Assembly: GCA_963749495.1 (NCBI GenBank)
Contig: CAVVMW010000009.1
Location: 1 to 11,087, forward strand
Reading direction: 5' to 3'
DNA length: 11,087 bases
From: an uncultured bacterium
GTDB taxonomy: Bacteria; Verrucomicrobiota; Verrucomicrobiia; Limisphaerales; UBA8199
The notes beneath the pieces were generated by a model that was given only the letters and a program-made list of their open reading frames with translations, was not told the origin of the DNA and searched no databases. Positions 1 to 7,012 of this stretch are shown in pieces; the first letter of the stretch is position 1, and every line of letters begins with the position of its first letter. Made by a program: the position numbers and the translations under genes.

Positions 1-585
1 CCCGTTAAAGTCAAGGTCGGCGGGATAAATATGCACGCGCCGCTCTTTGGGCAAAGAGCAGTTCAGAGCGTGCATCCTTTTGAGAAAGTCATAATAATTG
101 GTTCTTTCCCACGCTCCCTGCCAATCGAGGTTCCAGGCAATGTAGCGCAGCTTTGCGTTCACCTGCTCCTCGCTCAACTGGCCGTCCATCAGGAACGCGT
201 CAATATAGGGCCACAGGACTGCAGCCCCGACTTCGGTAAAGACGTGCCGGACTTCTTGTTGGAAACGCGGGTTGCTCACCACCTCAAAAATCATGTCATA
301 CTGCGTGATTTCGCCATGATGCCGTTCACACAAGATGACCAGGTCGTTGGTCTGGAAGAGGCCCAGGATGTAGTCGGTCGGGCTCTGCTTCTGTGCCTTG
401 AGAAAGGCCACGTATTGGCTGATGGCCTGGTTGTAGCCAGCCGCCGCAGCCGTTGGTGAGTTTGTCTCGGGCGTCCCTTTTGCTGGCTCGCTGGTCGCTC
501 CCGGGAGAGCGCCTGGCTGGGACGCTTGGGAAGCAATACTTGCCAGGAGGGTGAAAGCCACTGCAATTGTAATGATGGATTTCAT
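1..585 (-). CDS. Secreted protein, probably EreA/ChaN/TraB-like hydrolase superfamily (partial, 3' end outside the window)
   Basis: My translation from ATG at 585 is open to base 1: MKSIITIAVAFTLLASIASQA (signal peptide), a P/A/T-rich linker, then SPTDYILGLFQTNDLVILCERHHGE...VRHVFTEVG...YYDFLKRMHALN...RRVHIYPADLDFNG. The motifs LVILxExH, hhhEhG and hhxxD resemble the EreA/ChaN fold. A purine-rich AGAAGAAGA precedes the ATG. The family call is from recalled motifs, not a search. Confidence 0.75.
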   Translation of the reverse strand, partial: MKSIITIAVAFTLLASIASQASQPGALPGATSEPAKGTPETNSPTAAAAGYNQAISQYVAFLKAQKQSPTDYILGLFQTNDLVILCERHHGEITQYDMIFEVVSNPRFQQEVRHVFTEVGAAVLWPYIDAFLMDGQLSEEQVNAKLRYIAWNLDWQGAWERTNYYDFLKRMHALNCSLPKERRVHIYPADLDFNG

Positions 586-628
586 TCTTCTTCTGTATAT
601 ATCCGCTGAGGCGTCAAGTCGAACAAAA

Positions 629-759
629 AAACCGCGTTCGGATGACGGCTTCTCTGCGCGTCTGGGCGGGGCGTCGCCGTAACGCTTTGCCCTTTTCTCT
701 TGAAGCTGACGGCGCTCGCACGAGACGCCGCCAGACATGACTCTCCAAACACGCTCTAA
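629..759. repeat. ~130-bp imperfect palindrome, MITE/REP-like, with an IS5-family-like end
   Basis: Outer arms AAACCGCGTTCGGA (629-642) and TCCAAACACGCTCT (744-757) pair at 10/14 positions. Inner arms are GTCTGGGCGGGGCGTC/GACGCCGCCAGAC and GCCGTAACGCTT/AAGCTGACGGC. The end CAAACACGCTCTAA resembles IS5-family termini as I recall them. Confidence 0.45.
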
Positions 760-760
760 A

Positions 761-862
761 TCAAAAAACTTGTCGAACAGAACACCGGAGGGCTTGGACT
801 TTCTCCAGGATGTCCGCCGCCCGCCTTGGCTGTGACGAGGTCATGGTCGTGATGTCGGTCAT
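761..862 (-). pseudogene. 33-codon ORF, probably the 5' stub of a truncated gene
   Basis: MTDITTMTSSQPRRAADILEKVQALRCSVRQVF*. It lies just downstream of a sigma70-like promoter and stops immediately before the palindromic element. Confidence 0.3.
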
Positions 863-872
863 AATCCGCGGC

Positions 873-900
873 AGTCTGGCGGGAGCGGTCAGAAAGTCAA
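873..900 (-). promoter_or_regulatory. Putative sigma70 promoter
   Basis: TTGACT (900-895), 16-nt spacer, CAGACT (878-873), then 10 nt to the ATG at 862. Confidence 0.35.
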
Positions 901-1031
901 GCAAGCGGGTGCAGTCCCCCAAGGCAGCAGGTGCATAACCGGCCTCCCGCAGTGAAAACGGCCAAGAAAGTTGATACCGACTTGGCGCAGAAGGTGCGCG
1001 ATTCCTGCGCGCGCATCGCACGATTCTTCCA

Positions 1032-1061
1032 TTGCCTGGCGGCGAGGTCGGCGGCTACCAT
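1032..1061 (+). promoter_or_regulatory. Putative sigma70 promoter of the glycoside hydrolase gene
   Basis: TTGCCT (1032-1037), 18-nt spacer, TACCAT (1056-1061), then 9 nt to the ATG at 1071, with no Shine-Dalgarno sequence. Confidence 0.4.
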
Positions 1062-1070
1062 TTCGAGCCG

Positions 1071-3404
1071 ATGAAACTGCTCGCTGACTCTTCTCTGGTT
1101 TTGTGCTGGGTTGCGCTCTTGACCCTCAACGCTCAAGTTCGACCGCTGGCCAAAAGTGGCGGTCAGAAAAGTGCGCCGACGCCGCCCAGCGCGGGAGCGG
1201 TTTCTTTTGTCAAATCGGGTGAAGGAGTCGAAGTGACGGCGCCGAGCTACCACTTTGGCTGGACCGCAGCGCGCGATGAATTCCGGCTTGCCGACTCACA
1301 GGGTCGCACCATCGTTAGCGGCCGTATCGCGCCGGTGGTTACGGTGCAGGCGCTGGGCAAAGCGGGCGCCCGGAAACTCCTCTCGGCAACAGTTCAGAAC
1401 TGGTCGCTGGAAGGGGAGCATCTCAAGATCGGTTACCGGGAGGCGAATGGAAGCCACGAAGTGGAGATCGCGATAAAGTTTGCCCCGGGGGGCATCTGGT
1501 TGGAGCCGATCCGGTTTCAGGCCGGGGAGGAGGACGTGGTCACGGTGCATTATTTCAGCCGGAGCGATGGCCAGGCCGTGACGCCGGCCATGCAGGCGGC
1601 GTATTGGGTCATCCCCGGCATCAACGAGGCCTCGGCGTTGGGGCCGATCGTCTCGGCTAACCTCGGGCTCTCGGCCAGGCTCTGGAGCGGGCGCGGCGCC
1701 AGCGGCGAGCCGGGACTGTTGCAGCAGTGGGGCCTGCCGGCCCATTTCTTTTGCGGGTTCAGCCCGGCCGCCGGCGATAAGACGTGCGGCGCGCTCTCAA
1801 CCAGGCTCTCTGGTTCATTCTGCTGCGGACTGTCGACCCTGCCGGCAGCCGACTACTTCCTGGATTGGCGAGGGGCAACGCTCAGCCCGGTGTTCAGTTA
1901 TCGCAGTGACCTTTGGGGTCAATGCCGGGGGCCGGCGCGACTCACGCTCGGGGCGAGGCTGCTGCTGACCGTCGGGCCGGATTATCGGGAGGCGATCCGC
2001 CAGTATTACCTGGGGCTGGTCGAGGCCGGAGTCATCCAGAAGAAGGTGAGCTCGCCGGCGAAGGTCAAAGCGATGCTGGCGCCGCAGTTCAATTCCTGGG
2101 GTGCCGAAGTGGCCATCGGCAAAGCCTCGGCGAGTTTCGACAGCGCGGCCTTTCACGAGATTTGGGGCGGGCTCCAGGCCTCGGGAATGAAACCGGCGAT
2201 GTTCGTGTTTGACGATAAATGGGAGGGCGCCTACGGCCATTTGGAACATTCCCGGGAGCGTTTCCCCGATTTTGAGCAGATTCTTCATGAGTTGCGCCGA
2301 CACGGCCTGAAGATCGGCATGTGGGCCGCATTCTTGCGGGTCGAACATCCGGAGGATGTCGGGCTGAGTGTCTCCAACGTATTGCGCAAGGCCGATGGCA
2401 CGCCTTACAAGACCGGCGGCTACTATATGCTGGATGTCACCCAGCCCGAGGCGCAACAGGCAATTCGCAACACCGCCCGGCGCTTCATCCGCCATTACCA
2501 GCCGGACCTGGTCAAATTCGATTTCGGTTATGAGTTGCCGTCCCTTGCCTTGGCGGCGCCGGCTGACGAGAGCTGGGCTGGCGAGAAGTTGCTTTACAAG
2601 GGCCTCGAGGTGGTGGCCTCGGCGATGCGCGAGGAGAAGCCGGACATCGTGATGATGTATTACTCGCTTTCGCCGCTGTTTGTGGATTACCTCGACCTGC
2701 ACAGCCCGGATGATCTGTTCCTCTGCGCCCACGAATATGATTTGGAAGCCAATCGTCGTTTCTTCTTTTCCAGTCTGCTGGGCGAGTTGGGAATGCCAAC
2801 TTACGGTTCAGGTGGCTACGATTGGGCGACGATGCCCTCGATTTGGTTCGACTCCGCGCCCATTGGCACGCTCGGCTCCCTGGGCACGTTTTCCGGGGAT
2901 GAGAACGGGCAGCGGGCCGAGCCGGAGTGCATGGCCAAATTCAACGGCTTGAGCCACCTGCTGCGCGATGCAGCCTGCTTCTCCATCGAGCCGTATGAGG
3001 CGGACTACCTTGGTTATGAGCGTGGGGCGCACACTTCGTCCTGGATCCGGCGCGAGAACGGCAAGGTGGTCTTGATCGCCTTGCGCAAGCACCGGCTCGA
3101 CGGCCACGAAGGCTCAGGCCGTTACGGCGACTGGATCGCGACTACGGCGTCCGTGGTTGTCGCCTCCAAGACCGACGATGACCTCCAAAATGCGCGCCAG
3201 CTTGCGATCGTGCCCTACGGCGACGGAGATTTGCGCCTCAAACGCCTCAATGGCCCGCACCTTGTCCGCGAACACTTCTTTGGCGGCAAAGAAACAACCT
3301 CTCGCGCCCGGGCCAGTGGCGGCATCCTCAGGCTGAAATTGCGGCAGCAGTCTGCAGGCGGCGTTCCGCTCGAGTGGGTAGAGGTCCTCAGCGCCCAACC
3401 ATAG
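1071..3404 (+). CDS. Secreted clan GH-D glycoside hydrolase (GH31/GH36-like alpha-glycosidase or alpha-galactosidase), 777 aa
   Basis: Long ORF with strong GC3 bias. The start is moved from TTG 1032 to ATG 1071, giving the signal-peptide-like MKLLADSSLVLCWVALLTLNAQ. TIM-barrel motifs: PQFNSWG, MFVFDDKWEGAYG, ERFPDF, LRRHGLKIGMW, YMLDVTQPEA, LVKFDF (candidate nucleophile Asp) and HSPDD (candidate acid/base). Confidence 0.85.
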   Translation: MKLLADSSLVLCWVALLTLNAQVRPLAKSGGQKSAPTPPSAGAVSFVKSGEGVEVTAPSYHFGWTAARDEFRLADSQGRTIVSGRIAPVVTVQALGKAGARKLLSATVQNWSLEGEHLKIGYREANGSHEVEIAIKFAPGGIWLEPIRFQAGEEDVVTVHYFSRSDGQAVTPAMQAAYWVIPGINEASALGPIVSANLGLSARLWSGRGASGEPGLLQQWGLPAHFFCGFSPAAGDKTCGALSTRLSGSFCCGLSTLPAADYFLDWRGATLSPVFSYRSDLWGQCRGPARLTLGARLLLTVGPDYREAIRQYYLGLVEAGVIQKKVSSPAKVKAMLAPQFNSWGAEVAIGKASASFDSAAFHEIWGGLQASGMKPAMFVFDDKWEGAYGHLEHSRERFPDFEQILHELRRHGLKIGMWAAFLRVEHPEDVGLSVSNVLRKADGTPYKTGGYYMLDVTQPEAQQAIRNTARRFIRHYQPDLVKFDFGYELPSLALAAPADESWAGEKLLYKGLEVVASAMREEKPDIVMMYYSLSPLFVDYLDLHSPDDLFLCAHEYDLEANRRFFFSSLLGELGMPTYGSGGYDWATMPSIWFDSAPIGTLGSLGTFSGDENGQRAEPECMAKFNGLSHLLRDAACFSIEPYEADYLGYERGAHTSSWIRRENGKVVLIALRKHRLDGHEGSGRYGDWIATTASVVVASKTDDDLQNARQLAIVPYGDGDLRLKRLNGPHLVREHFFGGKETTSRARASGGILRLKLRQQSAGGVPLEWVEVLSAQP

Positions 3405-3430
3405 CCAGACCAAGGGCCTCCTCGTGCAAA

Positions 3431-3458
3431 GAGGGTTTCAGGGCAGCCCTGAAAGCTC
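3431..3458. terminator. Hairpin after the glycoside hydrolase gene (possible terminator)
   Basis: TTTCAGGGC-A-GCCCTGAAA perfect arms (3436-3454) with outer GAG/CTC, about 30 bp after the stop codon. There is no poly-T tail. Confidence 0.4.
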
Positions 3459-3470
3459 GAAGAGGCTGAC

Positions 3471-4007
3471 ATGCTGGCAGGTGGGCGCGTTTACGCGTCG
3501 GTGGAGCAGCGCGACAATCCGGCGCTGCGCGGCCAACCGGTCATTGTCGGCGCGCCGCCAACCCAACGCGGCGTGCTCTGCGCGGCCAGCTACGAGGCGC
3601 GGAAGTTCGGCGTGCATTCGGCCATGCCCAGCGCCACGGCGGGCCGGCTCTGCCCGAAGGGATAGGAAATCAAGAGCATCAGCGGCGAGGAGACCTTCCT
3701 GAAGGACACCGACGGCCGGAAAGTGCTCCGCGCCTGCCTGCGCCAGCAGGCCGAGGACATCGCCGACCGGCTCAAGCACCGCCATCTGGGGGCGAACACG
3801 GTCCAGGTGAAGGTGCGCTACAGCGACTTCACGACGCTCACGCGCCAGATCACCGTGGAAGACCCGCTGACCGAGGCCGGCGAGATTTACCGGCTGGGCT
3901 GTTTCCTCCTGGGCCGGGAGAAGCTCGTGTCGCATCCGCTGCGGCTGCTCGGTCTTGGGGTCGCGAGCCTGCGCGAGCCAAGCGCCCAGCAACCGGTGTT
4001 TTTGTAA
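3471..4007 (+). pseudogene. dinB: DNA polymerase IV pseudogene with a large internal deletion
   Basis: [20 protein letters not shown]...[32 protein letters not shown] is the Y-family N-terminal region. After TAG at 3663-3665 the same frame continues EIKSISGEETF...TVQVKVRYSDFTTLTRQIT...PLRLLGLGVASL, which is the little-finger (IMS_C) domain. The N-terminal HxDMDAF motif, the S(I/L)DE motif and the thumb are missing. Confidence 0.92.
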
Positions 4008-4069
4008 CGCAGAGTGCTCGGTGCAGGGCCTGGGTGAACATGCTGTGCTGCTCCCCTGAGCTGCCGAGT

Positions 4070-4246
4070 TCACGGTTCGATCCAATCGCTGGAAAACTCG
4101 GTCGCGGGGAAACTCGGCTTGGGAATGCGAATCGGCGCCCGATGATCTTCCAGCCAATCCCCGATTCGCCTCTGCAGAACCCGGAACCCGCTCTCGGCCC
4201 CGATACCGTAGCTGTCCCTCCCGAGCCGCTGGCAGAGGATCACCAT
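4070..4246 (-). pseudogene. Small ORF or 3' remnant of an unrelated gene
   Basis: MVILCQRLGRDSYGIGAESGFRVLQRRIGDWLEDHRAPIRIPKPSFPATEFSSDWIEP*. Its codons are mostly G/C-ending in this frame, unlike the 811-aa frame over the same bases, and it ends convergent with dinB. Confidence 0.4.
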
Positions 4247-4249
4247 CGT

Positions 4250-5786
4250 CCAGCGGGAGTGCCTGAAGCCATTGGCTCGCGGCGACGGGGTCTTCTCGTC
4301 CCCACTCCTGGAGTATTGTGGCCAGGGCTGCGCTGCGGGCTGGCCCTTGGGGCAAGGCCGCACACAGTGCTTTAGCCCCTTCCGGGTCTTTGCCTAGCCA
4401 GGAGGGCACCGCGTCCCTGACAATAAGCGCCTGCTCCTCGCCCGCGGACATGGAAAGCGCGATTCGGACAGCACCCTCTGGGTCGGAATGGGGCATCAAA
4501 GCGCAAACGCCTGCCAGGAAGGCATCGCGCTCCGGCCCGGCCGGCAGGCCATTCGCCCATGCGAGAGCGTCTCGAGCAGTTTCTCCCTGCCCTGTCCACC
4601 GTTGAGCAAGGTCCTTGAGAGAGTTCGCCCTTTCCTCACCAGGCGGAAGCGATTTCATGATAAAATCAGCCACCTCTTGCGGGTCTTGGTTGCTCCAGGA
4701 CGCCCCCAAATCTCCCAAGGCCTTCTTGCGGAATGGCCCTTCGGGCAATGCCAAGACCCAAGCGGCGGCGGCGGGTCCGTCTTTGTAGGCCCATGTCCAA
4801 ATCAGCGAACTGGCCATTCGCTCCCGGGCCTTTCCTTCTGGCTGCGATATTATCCATTCCGCCGCTTTGGCAGGGTCAGTTTCGGCCCATTGCCCCGCCG
4901 CCTCGCCCAAGGCGGCCTCTCGCTCTGCGGGCGCACTCAGTGTCTGCGCCCAGATGACGGCTTCGGGGAAGCTGCGCGCAGCCTTGGCCCTGGTGACGGA
5001 ACGCAGGCACGTGCCTCGATAGGTCGGTCCGGCTCGCGCCAACAGGGCTGCTGCGGCGTCGGGATCCTGCGGCGCGAGCCGGCAACAGACGATGAACTGG
5101 GCCAGGTCGAGTGGTTGGCCCGGCGGGAGATTAGTCAACAGCAGAACGGCCGCAGCCGGATCCTGAACCGCTAACCCGGTAATAACTGACTGCAGAGCGG
5201 TGTCGCGCCGTGGTCCGGCAGGCATTTGGCGGGCGGCGGCGAGCGCCGCTTGCGGTTCGTTCCTTCCCCAGTTGGCCAGGATACTCTGGACCAGGTCATC
5301 CCGATCGTGGCCCGCCGGCAAGACCAGTGCCGCGGCCAGTGCCGCTCTTGAATCACTTCTGGACCAAAAATAGGCCAGGGCTTGGCGGAGAGGCCCCCGC
5401 AACTCGGCAGGCTGAGCATCAAGCAGCCTCCACGCCTTTGGGAATTCGTTGGTCGAAAACACACCAACCAGCGGCATCAGTTGGGTATAGCCGGACCACC
5501 AATAGCCGACATAGCGATCGAGCCGGCCTCCACGCAGGTTGGCTTCAAAGCCACGCAAGGCTTCCGGGGGCGCGAGAAATCTCGAGGAACCATCTTCGAG
5601 CTGCTTGACCGCTTCCAGGGCCGTGGCCGGAGCCCGAGGCCGCGCCCCTGTGGTCAGGGCGGCCCGCTCCTTCGACCCCGCGGGATGGCCAGGATGACTC
5701 ACCCCCTGGCCCACCAGGAGGCCAAGACCGTATGCGCCTGCTCCGATCAGAGCCGCCATGGCGAGGCTGCGGGCTTTGACATTCAT
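4250..5786 (-). pseudogene. Membrane-anchored or exported alpha-helical (HEAT-like) repeat protein, 3'-truncated
   Basis: The ATG at 5786 overlaps the upstream TGA (ATGA). It has a hydrophobic N-terminus (MNVKARSLAMAALIGAGAYGLGLLVG) and about 13 repeats of ~32 aa (WxxxDPxAAxxWxxxLPxGxxRxxA). The pattern stops abruptly at WLQALP (~4250). The frame then runs on to 3438 through non-coding DNA and the antisense strand of dinB. Confidence 0.75.
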
Positions 5787-6935
5787 TTTGCCAGGAGTTG
5801 TTGTTTCTTTTCCTCTGGTAGTGAAGTCCCGTGCAACCACCTGCGGGCCGCATCCGGGTCCGTGTTCAGCCAAGCGCGGGCGATCTGCTCCACGTGGAAT
5901 TGGCGCAGGCGATCATCGGTGAACGCGTTGGCCCATGGCGCAGCCAGGTCCGGGCGCACGCCCTCGGTAAGGGCGACGAACTGTTGAGCCAATCGATCGC
6001 GCGCCGGACCGGCCGGCTGGGCTTCAAGCCATTGGACGGCCTCGGCGGGTTTCCCCGTGGCCATGGCCCAGATGTTTATCAGACTATTGGCGGCGCGCTC
6101 ACGGGCCGGGCCCTCAGGAAAGGCCTCCACCCACTGAGCCGCGGCTTTGGGATCCTGCTGAGCCCAGCGAGCTACTACATCGGCCGCAGCCTCCGATTGC
6201 ACGGCGCCCGGCGGCAAAGAGGCCACAAAAGCCGCGGCTTGCTCGGGCTGTGCGGCGACGATCAACCCCTGACACAGACCTTTCAGGGCGGCGTCGTGCG
6301 CACGGCCAGCGGGTAGCTGGTTCACCCAGTCCGAAGCCGCCTGCCAATCCTGTTGGCTCCAGGACGAAAGGATCGAGCCAAGGCGCTCGTCCGGGCTGAG
6401 TGGCAGGCCACCCTGCGGCACTGCGTAGCGGTGCGCGAAGCGGGTGCGCGCGTCCAGTTCGCCTCCGTCCGGTTTGGTTCCGTCTTGGACGGAAAGAGCG
6501 AAATTCGCTGCGCCCCGTGGGTCCCGCTCCACCCACTGGGCGAGCACGCCTGAGACAGCGGCCGCGCGCAGCCATGGGTCCGAAAGGCCCTTGGCCCAAC
6601 CGGCCGCCGCTGCAAGGTCGGAGCCTGCCCAGTTCCTTGCCAAGAGGCTGACGTTGAAGGCTCGAAGGTCGAGCTTGGTTCCTTGAAGGCTGCTGAGCAA
6701 CGCTGCCGCCTTTGCAGGAGCCGTCTCCGCCAGGGCCGCGAGGCTGCCGCCCAGCGCTCCGGCGCGTTCGCCTTCCTCGACCCTGGTGCGGGCCCACTCA
6801 AGGGCGGCTTCAGGATCCTGTCGCGCCCAGGCCTCGGCTATGGCGCTGACGGATTCCGCACGCTGTTGGGGCGGGAGATTCGTCAAATACTCTGCCGCGC
6901 CCGCCGGGTCCTTCCCAGCCCACTCCCTGACGATC
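5783..6935 (-). pseudogene. Alpha-helical repeat protein whose 5' part is separated by the ISAs1 insertion
   Basis: About 11 repeats of the same type (WAGKDPAGAAEY, WARQDPEAALEW, WAQQDPKAAAQW, WLNTDPDAARRW) and a natural C-terminus SLPEEKKQQLLAK*. Sequence upstream of IVREWAG is antisense IS DNA. Confidence 0.82.
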
Positions 6936-7012
6936 CACGGCTTCGGTGAAAAATCGCGTAAGGTGTTGCTGGTCAATGGAGTGTAAGATTTTGCGGAGGC
7001 AAAGCCCCCCGA

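Noticed and set aside
31..566. ORFs 31..459 (+) and 291..566 (-)
   Set aside because: They are shadow frames of the real minus-strand gene at 1-585.
1296..3413. Overlapping ORFs inside the glycoside hydrolase gene (e.g. 1815..2732 minus)
   Set aside because: These are antisense or alternative frames of a well-supported gene.
4002..4081. attC-like site (AAC at 4006-4008, CTCGG/CCGAG hairpin, GTT at 4075-4077)
   Set aside because: The R boxes are not complementary beyond AAC/GTT, the spacer geometry is wrong (1 nt before GTT), and there is no integrase or cassette array. It is more likely a weak hairpin between convergent genes.
3438..5873. 811-aa ORF as one real protein
   Set aside because: The first 29 aa overlap the upstream gene, so the real start is 5786. 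The last ~270 aa have no repeats and run antisense through the dinB remnant.
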